64,000 bases of DNA from Monocercomonoides exilis PA203 (Eukaryota; Protista; Preaxostyla): positions 496,001 to 560,000 of the forward strand of contig LSRY02000011.1 of assembly GCA_001643675.2 (NCBI GenBank). The letters run 5' to 3'. Positions 35,785-46,713 of the stretch are shown one piece after another; the stretch's first letter is position 1, and the number at the start of each line of letters is the position of its first letter. A program made the translations under genes and the position numbers. The notes beneath the pieces were generated by a model. It was not told where the DNA came from, made no database searches, and worked only from the letters and a program-made list of their open reading frames with translations.

Positions 35785-37233
35785 ATGAGTTCAAAGGGAA
35801 GCGGAAGCGGCTTAGATTCACTAGATGAAGAAGAAAGAAGTATTGAGCAATGGAGAATTAAGAAATTAGTAAAAACATTGGAGAATGCAAAGGGAGAAGG
35901 AACTAGCATGATTTCTCTTATTTTGGCACCAAAAACTCAACTGTCACAAACTCAAACTATGCTTACAGAAGAATATGGTACAGCATCAAACATCAAAAGT
36001 AGAGTTAATCGATTAAGCGTTCTTGAAGCAATTGTGTCAACTCAACAACGTTTGAAGCTTTATAACAAATGCCCACCAAATGGACTGTGCATTTTCTGCG
36101 GAACAATTTCTACAGACAAGGGGCCAAAGAAAATCACAATTGATTTTGAACCATTCAAACCAATCAACACTTCTCTCTATTTGTGCGATAACAAATTCCA
36201 CACTGAGCCGCTTGGAACTTTGTTGGAATCAGATGACAAGTTTGGTTTCATTATTATGGATGGTAATGGTGCGTTATTTGGGACATTGCAAGGAAACACA
36301 CGAAACATCATCACCCAGTTTACTGTTGATTTGCCAAAGAAACATGGGCGTGGAGGACAGTCTTCTGTTCGTTTTGCACGTCTGAGAATGGAAAAGCGTC
36401 ACAATTATGTGCGTCGAGTTGCAGAAGTTTCAGTTCAATGCTTTATCACAAATGACAAAGTTAATGTTGCTGGACTTGTTCTTGCAGGTTCTGCTGATTT
36501 CAAGACTGAGCTTTCTCAGAGCGAGACCTTTGATCAGCGTCTCCAAGCCAAAATTATTAAGATTGTTGATGTTGCATATGGAGGAGAGAACGGATTTAAC
36601 CAGGCTATTAATTTGGCTTCTGATACATTATCAAACGTCCATTTTGTGCAAGAAAAAGCACTTCTTCAACAATATTTCGACGAAATCGGACAAGATACTG
36701 GAAAGTTTGTGTTTGGAATCCGTGATACAATCGCAGGATTAGAAATGGGAGCAGTCCAAAAATTAATTATGTGGGAAAACCTGGACGTTGATAGAATTGA
36801 GCTGCGACATCCGACGACTGGGGATGTTTCGGTTGTGTATCTTACTCCAGCGCAACAGAAGGATCCTTCGTTCTTCCATGAAAAAGGAGTCGAGCTGGTG
36901 CTTGTGTCAAAAGAGCAGCTCACAGACTGGTTCGTGCTGAACTACAAGAAATATGGATGCACTCTTCACTTCGTTACAAACAGAAGCAGCGAAGGCTCTC
37001 AATTCTGCAGAGGGTTTGGTGGAATTGGTGGGTTGCTGAGATACAAAGTTGACTTTTCAACACTTGATGCCCATGAGTCTTTTGGACTTATGGATGACGA
37101 TGAGGCTGTTGGATCTTCTTCATCATCTTCTTCAACATCTGTAGCTTCATCCACTGCAGCTGATGCTGGCTTCTTTGGTGACGAAATTATGGAAGAAAAT
37201 CCATTTGATGATGATATTTCATCGTATTTTTGA
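35785..37233 (+). CDS. eRF1: Eukaryotic peptide chain release factor 1 (482 aa, intronless)
   Basis: GTS, TASNIKS, YLCDNKF and HGRGGQS motifs, plus C-terminal [11 protein letters not shown]. The start is placed at the second ATG (MSSKGSG..), because the upstream 30 codons are AT-rich and do not resemble eRF1. Confidence 0.98.
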   Translation: MSSKGSGSGLDSLDEEERSIEQWRIKKLVKTLENAKGEGTSMISLILAPKTQLSQTQTMLTEEYGTASNIKSRVNRLSVLEAIVSTQQRLKLYNKCPPNGLCIFCGTISTDKGPKKITIDFEPFKPINTSLYLCDNKFHTEPLGTLLESDDKFGFIIMDGNGALFGTLQGNTRNIITQFTVDLPKKHGRGGQSSVRFARLRMEKRHNYVRRVAEVSVQCFITNDKVNVAGLVLAGSADFKTELSQSETFDQRLQAKIIKIVDVAYGGENGFNQAINLASDTLSNVHFVQEKALLQQYFDEIGQDTGKFVFGIRDTIAGLEMGAVQKLIMWENLDVDRIELRHPTTGDVSVVYLTPAQQKDPSFFHEKGVELVLVSKEQLTDWFVLNYKKYGCTLHFVTNRSSEGSQFCRGFGGIGGLLRYKVDFSTLDAHESFGLMDDDEAVGSSSSSSSTSVASSTAADAGFFGDEIMEENPFDDDISSYF

Positions 37234-37502
37234 AATATCAATGGATGTATAGTCATTTCTTTCTGATAGTTGTGATCTACAAAGCGCAATCTATTCCGAT
37301 GAAATTATTATCACGTCACTTAATTATTTTTCTCATGAGAAATTTAAAGTGCTTTGAATTTTGATTCTCTAAAAAAAACTGAAAAAAATTAAGATCTTTC
37401 CCAAAAATATATTTCTGTTTTTTGTGATGCGAAAAGTTTAAAAACAGTTAAACTGATTGTATACATAAATCATGTCTTGATAATATTTTAATCTTGAATT
37501 TA

Positions 37503-38285
37503 ATGAACGGGCTTTTTTACTTGTGTTTAGTTTCTATTGGGTTTTCTCAACGCTTTTCTCCAAGGCGAAATGTATTCTCCCCAAAGATGCAGGAAGTTCT
37601 TGATTGCGATGGATCATGCAAGCAACAGTTACACGATTGCATTGAGAAAGCTAGTGATATTTGCATGCCTATTTGCGGAGTTCAAGTTCGCGATAGAAAG
37701 AATTTGACTGGGATAAATGCAACAGTTGGGGAATGGTTCGACTGCTACACAGATTGCACAATTAACACAGCTATAAAATGCTTTATTAAATCAAGCGAAT
37801 GCCTATATGATTGTAAGCTCCCCAAAAAACCAGACGAACCACAACCAGTTCCAGAACCGCTTCCAGAGCCACTTCCAGAGCCAATGTCGCGTAGAAATGC
37901 ACAATTTCCCGATCCAAATAGCATGCGACGTCAATTTTTCCAAGATGCGCAACAGGATCAACGCTTTAACAGACCATCTTCGAATAATGCCCTCTGTTGC
38001 TCATTGTCTCCCTGTTACAATCCTTGCCTTTATGGCTTAAGTGGATCACCAAATGGAAATTTCAATAGAATGAATGAAGACTACAGCGATGACGATGATG
38101 GCATGTCTTTGTGGTTCGGATTTCCAGGATATGGCTTTGGAGGGTTCCCAGGCTTTGGATTCGGAGGATATCCTGGTTTTGGAGGATTTCCTGGATTCGG
38201 GTTTGGTGGATTTCCCGGATATGGCTTCGGAGGATTCCCTGGCTTTGGATTCGGAGGATTTCGTCCCGGATTCGGAATCTGGTAA
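37503..38285 (+). CDS. Secreted protein with a Cys-rich domain, a (PE/PL)n linker and a C-terminal GGFPG(F/Y)GF repeat
   Basis: Signal-like MNGLFYLCLVSIGFS. CxxxC-spaced Cys cluster (CDGSC, CMPIC, CYTDC, CLYDC); PEPLPEPLPEP; about 7 copies of (G)GFPG(F/Y)GF. Confidence 0.75.
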   Translation: MNGLFYLCLVSIGFSQRFSPRRNVFSPKMQEVLDCDGSCKQQLHDCIEKASDICMPICGVQVRDRKNLTGINATVGEWFDCYTDCTINTAIKCFIKSSECLYDCKLPKKPDEPQPVPEPLPEPLPEPMSRRNAQFPDPNSMRRQFFQDAQQDQRFNRPSSNNALCCSLSPCYNPCLYGLSGSPNGNFNRMNEDYSDDDDGMSLWFGFPGYGFGGFPGFGFGGYPGFGGFPGFGFGGFPGYGFGGFPGFGFGGFRPGFGIW

Positions 38286-38527
38286 ATTAGATAATGAGAA
38301 GTTATAAAAACAATAATACGAAGAATAAGAGGATTCTTAAGATAAATATTTTTCTTCCTTTCAAAATGAGCAAAGAATAATTCACACTTGATTTTTTTTT
38401 TACAAATAACATTCAATTCATATTCGTTGAATAATAGTCAAGTTCTGAATTCTGTATATTGAAAGTGTGAGATGAGTGAATTGTTAGATAAAATGAGATT
38501 TACAATAATAGTGTGAGATACAAAGAT

Positions 38528-39374
38528 TCAAGAAGAATGTGCATAAGCTTCTGCATGCTTCTGCTTAATTGAAGAAAAGTCGAATGGAAGACGCTTAGTA
38601 CGAATTATCTGCTTAATTGGTGCTTGAAGTGCAATTATGGTGAAACAGACAAAGTAGATGACCAAAATAAATGGAATCACGGGGATGTCAAAAATTGGAA
38701 AGAACACAAGAAAATGCACTGTTAAAATTCCTGCCATGCTTTTTTTCCAAAATTTAAACTCAGGAAGCTGACTAATAAAAGGTCTATATTCATCACTTCC
38801 TGATTGACTTGCAGCTGGGGTGTCTGCAGCAGCTCCAGGAAGAATTAACTCTAAAGCAATAAAGGAAAGGAAAACACATTATAAAATAAAACTCAGTTTG
38901 ACATAATATTTGCGTAGAAAATCAATCACAACCTCCAGTAAAATCTTTATCAATTGGATCATCTGGAGTGAAAAAACGAACAATCAATGCAATCTACAAA
39001 TTTCGAAAAAGCGATAAAGAAAAAGATGAAAAAACGTTAATCAAAAAACATGCACTGGCACTTTTAACAAAATGAAGCAAACCTCTGAGATTGCCCAAAA
39101 ATATGTGATAAAATAAAATCCTTTCTTCAACACAAACACCTGCGACAAAAGAACATAAAATAAAAAAAATATTTTAATATACTGTTAATAAAAAAAAATT
39201 TATGATTTTTTAGCAAACCCTAAGATAATAAATCAATATCAAAAGAATGAAAACAGTCCATCGCAAAGCATATTTATTTGTCAATTGATCCATTATAAAT
39301 TGTGGACGTAAGTATTTTAAAAGCCCTGAAATTTGTGTTCTCCCTTTGGATTCAGATGATGAAAACGAATTCAT
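38528..39374 (-). CDS. RER1: Rer1 ER-retrieval receptor; 4 exons
   Basis: Spliced product ..ALRWTVFILLILIYYLR|VFVLKKGFYFITYFWAISE|IALIVRFFTPDDP..|..DEYRPFISQLPEFKFW..FPIFDIPVIPFILVIYF..IKQIIRTKRLPF. It matches the Rer1 signatures (EFRPFIRRLPEFKFW, FDIPVFWPIL). Confidence 0.92.
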
Positions 39375-39654
39375 GCAAAATTCTTGATGAAACAAATTAA
39401 CGAAAAATGTTAAGGGTTATTTTTTGTTATCAGAAAATTATATTCTTTTCTAGTTGCAAATTATTCATACCATTTTTTTAAAACAAGAAAACCAAAAAAA
39501 CACCACAAGAAAAAATAAATTGGGAAAACTGTGAAAAGTTGTTTGTTTCTTTTGTAAATTGCTCAGTGAAACAGATTGTTGGGGGCCTAACGTTGCTTTA
39601 TATTTGTATTTATTCCTCAATAAAAATTCAAAACCATCATCTTTGAAAGGTGCA

Positions 39655-41568
39655 ATGTCAATTATCACTGCTTCACCAATTCCTTCAGTAAGTGTTACAT
39701 CATCTCCATCCAATATCGATTCCATAATAACTTCATCTTTTCCCTCAACACAGGCAACTTTTGCTGACACATCTCGAAAGACTCCTCAAAAACAACATTT
39801 GAAATTTACTTCTTCAGATAAGAAGTTAAGAAAAAGGGAAGTGTCTTTACCTCCACTTCATCAACATCCAGCATCACTATCATCATCTATTTCTACTTCT
39901 TCATCGACTCATGAAACTTTGCCTTTGGGGCATGCATCTTTTTCTTCGCGCAGTCTTCCTTATAATACTTCGAATTGGTTGTCTCAGACTGCTCCCGCAA
40001 GCCTTAGCGCTTTTTCTCCATTGCCAGTAACAGCTGTGAATTTTGGGCTGTCTTCAGTGAAATATTCAAATAAAAATCATTCAAAACGAACAATAGTTGA
40101 AATACAAAAAGAATTATCGCACGAACAATCAGAAAAATCATCGGGATTGAATCCGTCTTTTCCTGTTATAACGCCTTCGACTTTCCAGTCACCCACATTA
40201 ACGCGCCAGTTTATACCACATGCTGGATCAAAATCAATAAGACCAAATACTACCACTGGCTCTTTTAAATATCACTACTCTTATCCATCTCAAGCTTCTT
40301 CAACGCCTCCTATAATACCTTCTTCGACAAGTATCATACGAAGTGCAGGACCAGTAACAGCTACGAATTCTCCTCATTCACCACACAGCTCCATTCGTTA
40401 TGAAACATCTCACCAACACACTCAAAATCATCGAATCTATGAGCCACCAACAATGTTTTCAAAACCGCGCGCTTCACCCAAGATGACATCATCGTCATTG
40501 GACACACCTGGTACAGGAGTTAATGAAATTCAACCGAATCAAAATAACAGGTTTGTGCTGATGGAATTCGGCTCTTCGCCCAAAGATGCTCCCAAGGACA
40601 GTCCTTTGCACACGACCTACCAGGCAGGGCATCACAATCAAAGAAGGCTTTCATTGAAAAGTTCGTCTGACATGAGCCCGAACATGCTTCCTGTGCGCCC
40701 TGCTCCAGCTCGCTATTCAGTCGGAGCTCCTCCGTCCTCTCCCACCTCTTCCTTTGGCTCTGCTCAAACCAATCACTCACATTCTTCTTCAATCACTCAT
40801 TCCACGCAAAAGAGACAAGAAAAAACACTTCAACATGATCCACTTGCTTCCCCACAAAAAGCAGCTGACTCACTTTCATCATCATCTTCAGCAGCAGTGA
40901 CTTGTCCTTCACCTTCTTCTTCTCCCATTTCTTCTTCTTCTTCTTCTCCCACTTCTTCTTCATTACAGCCACCATCATTAAATGCTGCTGAGGCCTCAGC
41001 AACATTTTCTGCAGACGAAACATCCAATTCACAAACACAACATTCACAGCAACTGCCTTCACAGTCAAATACACAACTGTCATCTTCTCAAAATACCCCT
41101 CAAAAAGCGTCTGATTCTCAGTTGTTGGAATTTCCTGAGTGCTTGCCTGACAAAAGCAATGAAAGCAATGACAGACAAAATGTTAATGAATCAGAAGAAT
41201 GTGGTTGTGGTAGCGATGAAAAGATAATGATGTCACAACAAAGTCACGAAGCCTTAAACACTGAAGATAAGCAACTGCCCAATGAAGCATCTTATCCTTC
41301 TATTTCATCTACTGTTACTTCTGCTTCAGAACAGAGCATTGAACAATCAGCAGCACATGATGTTCCTCTTCCAACAGCATCTGCCTCTAATTCCTTTTCT
41401 GCAGCGTGCCCTTTGCTTCTGTCTTCATCTGCTGATGAAGGAAATTCAGTGAATACTTCGATCGAACAGCAGAATGATGGGACAGTGCTGGGTGTTGCAG
41501 AGAACATCGCTTTGCAAACAGAGCAAATGAGGCAAACGTTGGCGTTGCTTATGGAAGATAGCAATTGA
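39655..41568 (+). CDS. Ser/Pro/Thr-rich, probably disordered hypothetical protein (~637 aa)
   Basis: Long open frame; the first ATG is at 39655. No recognisable domain. Confidence 0.75.
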   Translation: MSIITASPIPSVSVTSSPSNIDSIITSSFPSTQATFADTSRKTPQKQHLKFTSSDKKLRKREVSLPPLHQHPASLSSSISTSSSTHETLPLGHASFSSRSLPYNTSNWLSQTAPASLSAFSPLPVTAVNFGLSSVKYSNKNHSKRTIVEIQKELSHEQSEKSSGLNPSFPVITPSTFQSPTLTRQFIPHAGSKSIRPNTTTGSFKYHYSYPSQASSTPPIIPSSTSIIRSAGPVTATNSPHSPHSSIRYETSHQHTQNHRIYEPPTMFSKPRASPKMTSSSLDTPGTGVNEIQPNQNNRFVLMEFGSSPKDAPKDSPLHTTYQAGHHNQRRLSLKSSSDMSPNMLPVRPAPARYSVGAPPSSPTSSFGSAQTNHSHSSSITHSTQKRQEKTLQHDPLASPQKAADSLSSSSSAAVTCPSPSSSPISSSSSSPTSSSLQPPSLNAAEASATFSADETSNSQTQHSQQLPSQSNTQLSSSQNTPQKASDSQLLEFPECLPDKSNESNDRQNVNESEECGCGSDEKIMMSQQSHEALNTEDKQLPNEASYPSISSTVTSASEQSIEQSAAHDVPLPTASASNSFSAACPLLLSSSADEGNSVNTSIEQQNDGTVLGVAENIALQTEQMRQTLALLMEDSN

Positions 41569-42933
41569 TGATAGACTAATTCATCGTTGTTAGAAAATTT
41601 CTCATTTCATATTTTGTGCAAAAGCTATTTATATGTATATTAAAGTTTCCTATTGTATTGCTCATTGCTGGATAACTGACAAGTGATTGAAAGCTGCTAA
41701 GCATTTGACAATTTTTTTTTGAATTATTTGCATGATGATGAATCAGCCTAAACTTTGTGTGTATAAAAAGTTTTCTTCTTCTTTTTTAACTTAAAGTCTT
41801 ATCAATTATCTGTTTCACCAACCTGATTAAAACTCTTTCATTCAAAGTTTTCACTAATCTCAATTTCGCACTTCAAAATATTTGCTCTAATTTTTTAAAG
41901 TTCATTCATTTCTTTTCGATTTGCATTGAAGCGCTACACTTTTTTTCGTTTGTTTCCTTTTTAGTTACATTTATATGTACTTTTATTTAAATAACTTTTA
42001 AAGTTCATTTCGTTGATTTGCCTTTTTTGATGTTTCGTTTGTTTTTACTTTCATTCTTGAAAAATTATTCATTCACATGATTTTTGACTTTCTATGATGT
42101 ATTTGATTGCACGATCATCTGGTGTTAAATTGCTCACAAAAATTATTTGTCATTTTTGTCTGTTGCTATTGCTGTTGTTATTACTACTTTTATTGTTATT
42201 ATCACATGCACAATTCACAAAAAGAACATCTGCTCAATTGTTATTCCTCGTTCTGAACCGAATAAAATATTGAACTCACAAGATGATTTTCCATAAATGA
42301 AAAAAAAAATACTAAAACAAACACATAGTTTATTTTCCCATTGGTAATTATAAGTTGTGAATATCAAAAAAGTGCTTTCAATATGAAAACATAGTAGTGA
42401 ACGAAGAGAAAAATGCTCAAAAGCTTTTAAAACAAGATATATAAAGTGTGAAGTAATGTTCGATCAATTGATCGTTAACTCAGAAATTTCTTTTTTTAAA
42501 AACTGCTAGGAAGGAAAATAACGACATGCCTCAACAAAAATACTTAATCAAAGCAAATCAATAAACAAAATTAAAATTGTAATTCTTGAAATAAAACAGA
42601 AGATTTACAATATTTGAAGAAATATTTTCTAGTATAACAGCTGCAAAAAAACGAGCTTTCAAGACTTTTCAGTTCAAAATTAAAAAAAAAATAATTAGAA
42701 TAATTATAAAATAAGAATAAAAAAATAAATAATGAATAATCAAAAAATGAACAAGGATAACTGAAACAATGAGCAGATGAAAAACAAGATAAATACCATA
42801 AAACAAAGTGGGAAAGAAGAAACCATTTCAAAAGAAGAAACATTTGCAAACGTAAGATAATATATCAATCAAATAAAAAATATGTATAAATCCATCCCAC
42901 CTGAAATTAAAGTACAACTCTATTTTTCTTCTG

Positions 42934-45900
42934 TTATTCAGCTGCCTTTTTGTCAGCACGCTTCGTAATCTGATCCAAAATAGCTTGCGCAGCACTTGAC
43001 TTCGGCAAGGCTTTTAATAGCGTCTCTTTAGCCGGATCCTCCTTCCGCTTCTTGATTCTGCGGTGTGCTTGCTCCTCCTGCCGCTTCTGCACAAGCTCAG
43101 CAACATAGCTGTTTGCAGATGCTGCTCTTCTATACGGACTGATATGTTGAATGGGTTGTTCTGGTTGTATTGGCTGTGCTGGTTGTATAGGCTGTTCTGG
43201 CAACTCCGACTTCGCCTTGACGCTCGCCTTCTTTCTTTCCTTCTTTGTTTTCTTGAGGTATTTTTCCATCGGAGTTTCTTTCTTCTTTTCTCGCCAATCA
43301 CTTTTCTCTTCGACAGAAAACAAAGCGCGGTTAATCCGCTCGCCTTCTTTTGCCTCTTCTTCCAGAGACGACTCAAACGGAGAATAGCTGCTTATTTCTA
43401 TTGCTTGTGCAGTCAGGCTGTCCTTCTCTATCGCTTGCATCACATCAACACTGGGCTCACCTGAACCAACTTTCCGATTATTTGACACCTTTTCATCTTC
43501 ATTTGATCTTTTATCTAGAGCAATCGATTCATTTTCACTCTTTTTCCCCGCACCAAAAGAATTCCTTCTCGATATCTGCTTACCAGAAAGCTTCTCGCCT
43601 CCAGAAGAAACACCTGTCTGCATTTGTGATTCTTTTTGGCTTTCAGCTTTTTCGATTTTAGATTCAATGGATTTTATCATCTCTTTTTGTTCTGTTTGCA
43701 GAATTTTACTTTCATCTTTCATTTCAAGCTTCCCCGTGTCTTCTTTAATATCCACCGAATTCTCTTGGTTTGAAGAGCGAACAGACCGTTTTTGAGTTCT
43801 TGGCTGTTTTGGTTTCTTTTGTGCAATTTTACCTGAGCGTGTTTTAGTTGTTCTAATTGTTGGGCTGACTTCTTTGTGTTCTTTCGTCTCATCCGCCTTT
43901 TTCGGCTCCTCTGAATCTTTCTTATCCGTCTGGATGTTTTTCGGTTCATCGTTTTTCTCGTTCTTTTCAGATGCTGTTGTTTGACCTTTCATTTCTCCTT
44001 CAGCATTCACAAGCTGAATCATGTCGCGAACAGCCTTCGTCACAAAAGTCACTGCGTTGATAAGAGATTCAACCGTCGAGCTATCAAAAGCACCGAGTGA
44101 TGCTGGAGGCTCCATTGGCAGTCTATTGAATGAGGATGAAGATCGTTGTGTGTTCGGCGTCTGAAGATTGGAAGTGGAATTTTGTGAAGCATCAGAAGCA
44201 AAAGATGATTGTGAAGATGAAGAAGAAGATGGATCAGATGACGTGAGCAAAGAGGTAGAGGAAGAAGAACTTTGTAATGGTGATTTTGAAAAAGAAATAG
44301 AATTAGGAATTCGAAGAGAAATGGAAGAAGGCGAAGACTCTTGTTCAGCTAATTGCGAATGCGATGATGTGTCAGGCGAAGAGAATTGAGTTTTTGCAAG
44401 CGGAGAATTAGAGCTGGAAGGAGTTGCAGTGAAAGAAGATGGCTTAACCTGAACGTCTTTCAAATCTTGTTCAGAAGACATTTTTTGAGCAGATTCAAAT
44501 GGAGCACCAAGCAGATTGGGTGTTTTGATATCAGATAATTTTGGTGTTTGCGTCTGATTTGAAATTTTTTGTTCTTTCGACTGTAAATTTCTCATTCCTA
44601 GAATTTTCTCAAGGAATTTTTTCTTTTTTGGAAGAATGAAGTGAGGTGAGCTGGCAGATGAAGTGAATGGAGCTGAAGCAGATGAGGCAGAAGAGTCATC
44701 TGAAGTGCGAGTGAATGAGGATGTGACGTGTAGCAGAGGCTGAGTCTGTGAAGTGGAACAAGATGGTGATGAAGAAAGACCACGCTGAGAAGAAAAGAGA
44801 TTCTGCGAATATGAAGAGAAAGGGTTTTCAGAAGATGAAGTGTTTGACTGTTGAAGTGAAGAAGGGAAGAAAGAAGATATCGGCCGATGATCGCGCAGCT
44901 GCGAAGCAGAAGACTCAGGCAGTGAGTATGAAGAGAGGGTAAGTTTAGTTGCTTCTTCCGAAGGGACAGTAAACGGGTGTGTGAATTGCAGGCTTTTAAA
45001 GGAAGAAGCGGCAGACTGAGGATATGGCAAGCGGGAGAACTGCGAGCTTGGTGAGGGCTTCTGGAAGAACGGCGCCGTCAGAAGCGGCAGCAGCACGCGC
45101 GCGTCTGAAAAAGCCGGGTCCAGCAAGTGGAACTGGTCGATCCACGCCGCCGGGCGCGGGAAGAGCACGCGGCGCAGATCGGAGTCGCTCAGCTGCCGCC
45201 CAACTTCGCCCAGAAACTGCAGCTCCTGCGAGTCGGCGGAGCATTCGGCCTCAGACACGTCCCGAGAGTCGATATACTGCACCGCCCCGCTGTCGTACTT
45301 GCTGTCCCGCGCCTTCCGGTGCATGTTCCGCTCTTTTCGGAGAAACTTCTTCTTCTTCTTCGCAGACAGTGAATCGGATGCTTTGTTCCCTCCGCTCCGA
45401 GTGCTATATGAAGGCTCTGAAGTAGCAGCTGCCGCTGCTGCAGCCGCTTTCTCCATAAACTCCTTCTGCAAGCTCTGCAATGACGACAAACACTCCTGCT
45501 TTTTGTCCTCCTTCACGCTTATCCGCCCTTCGCTGCAGCTGACGATGCTTTTTGGGCTGCTGGCCGTGTTGTTAATGATGACACAGCTGTCGCTCTCTCC
45601 TTCTTCTTCACCTTCACCTTCGCCTTCTCCGTCACCTTCAATGTCGCCTTCAACTTCCCCCTCACCTTCACCGTCATCATCTTCATCACCGTCTCCCTCA
45701 TCCGCTGAGCTGTCCTTTTCTGCGCTGCTGTTAGCGTCCGATGAGTACTCGCTTTCAAGGCTGTCTTCCAACTCCGTTTCGGTAAGTTCTTCGCTTTTTC
45801 TTTTCCTCTTTTTCTTTTTCTTTTTCTTTTTTACCAATTCGTCAATGTCCGCATCGGCTTGCTTCAGCGCGTCTTTTCCTTTTTCTCTTCCTTCATTAAT

Positions 45901-46713
45901 TTTCGTGCTGTGATCACTTTTTCCGCTGTTTTCTCTCGATGCTTTTCCGGTGTTTTGCTTAGGTTTTTTCTTGTCTTTTGTTTTTTTTATGCGAACGTCA
46001 ATACCATGTGCAGCTCTCATATGTCGAGTGTATTTCACTCGAACATCGAAAGCCTTTTCACAATTTGGAACATCACAGCGAAATGGAAGTTCTCCGGTGT
46101 GTTGTGCAACATGTTCCATAAACTTCACTTTTGTGGGAAAGAACTGATTGCAACCTTCCCAGGTGCAGTGATACATGTTACTCCTTGAATGCGTTTTCAT
46201 GTGTTCCTCCAATTCCTTTTGCGTCGCGAATATTTTGTAGCATCTCATCTTCGGACATCTGAAAACATCATCTTTTTTTTCCATCTTTTGGGAAGAAATC
46301 CTCCTTGAAGACCTTAGAAACGGCAATGAAGGAGTAGTATTAGCATCTTTGTTTTCGTATGATTGTTTTCCATTTGTTTTTTCAGGATTTTTTTCTTCCA
46401 GTTGTTCATTAGATGAAAATCTTGTATTTTCTTTATAAAAAAAGGTACTTTGCGCAGAATTGCTGGCTGTTTTGATATCATTAGCATCCGATTCTTTGCC
46501 CACTGATTGCCTGTCATATGGCCTTTCAACTGAACCTGTCTGAAGCAAGCCATCATGCTCCGCTTTCTCAAAAGGCGAACTTATTTGCTCATCCTCCTTT
46601 AAGCCATCAGTGTCAAATCTTAATTGGGGTATTAAAATATCAGGTTTTTTCAAATTTTTTTTATTTTCATGTATTTCTTCCCCTATTATTTGCTCAATTT
46701 CTTGCTCAGTCAT
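42934..46713 (-). CDS. C2H2 zinc-finger protein (3 fingers), probable transcription factor, 1,259 aa
   Basis: Fingers FRCPKMRCYKIFATQKELEEHMKTH, YHCTWEGCNQFFPTKVKFMEHVAQH, a TGELPF linker, and RCDVPNCEKAFDVRVKYTRHMRAAH. Poly-Lys NLS-like runs; acidic and Ser-rich tracts. Confidence 0.9.
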   Translation of the reverse strand: MTEQEIEQIIGEEIHENKKNLKKPDILIPQLRFDTDGLKEDEQISSPFEKAEHDGLLQTGSVERPYDRQSVGKESDANDIKTASNSAQSTFFYKENTRFSSNEQLEEKNPEKTNGKQSYENKDANTTPSLPFLRSSRRISSQKMEKKDDVFRCPKMRCYKIFATQKELEEHMKTHSRSNMYHCTWEGCNQFFPTKVKFMEHVAQHTGELPFRCDVPNCEKAFDVRVKYTRHMRAAHGIDVRIKKTKDKKKPKQNTGKASRENSGKSDHSTKINEGREKGKDALKQADADIDELVKKKKKKKKRKRKSEELTETELEDSLESEYSSDANSSAEKDSSADEGDGDEDDDGEGEGEVEGDIEGDGEGEGEGEEEGESDSCVIINNTASSPKSIVSCSEGRISVKEDKKQECLSSLQSLQKEFMEKAAAAAAAATSEPSYSTRSGGNKASDSLSAKKKKKFLRKERNMHRKARDSKYDSGAVQYIDSRDVSEAECSADSQELQFLGEVGRQLSDSDLRRVLFPRPAAWIDQFHLLDPAFSDARVLLPLLTAPFFQKPSPSSQFSRLPYPQSAASSFKSLQFTHPFTVPSEEATKLTLSSYSLPESSASQLRDHRPISSFFPSSLQQSNTSSSENPFSSYSQNLFSSQRGLSSSPSCSTSQTQPLLHVTSSFTRTSDDSSASSASAPFTSSASSPHFILPKKKKFLEKILGMRNLQSKEQKISNQTQTPKLSDIKTPNLLGAPFESAQKMSSEQDLKDVQVKPSSFTATPSSSNSPLAKTQFSSPDTSSHSQLAEQESSPSSISLRIPNSISFSKSPLQSSSSSTSLLTSSDPSSSSSSQSSFASDASQNSTSNLQTPNTQRSSSSFNRLPMEPPASLGAFDSSTVESLINAVTFVTKAVRDMIQLVNAEGEMKGQTTASEKNEKNDEPKNIQTDKKDSEEPKKADETKEHKEVSPTIRTTKTRSGKIAQKKPKQPRTQKRSVRSSNQENSVDIKEDTGKLEMKDESKILQTEQKEMIKSIESKIEKAESQKESQMQTGVSSGGEKLSGKQISRRNSFGAGKKSENESIALDKRSNEDEKVSNNRKVGSGEPSVDVMQAIEKDSLTAQAIEISSYSPFESSLEEEAKEGERINRALFSVEEKSDWREKKKETPMEKYLKKTKKERKKASVKAKSELPEQPIQPAQPIQPEQPIQHISPYRRAASANSYVAELVQKRQEEQAHRRIKKRKEDPAKETLLKALPKSSAAQAILDQITKRADKKAAE

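Noticed and set aside
41569-42933. Hidden spliced gene or RNA gene between the two convergent genes
   Set aside because: I could not assemble consistent exons, and found no tRNA/rRNA signature. The T-rich then A-rich skew fits two 3' UTR regions.
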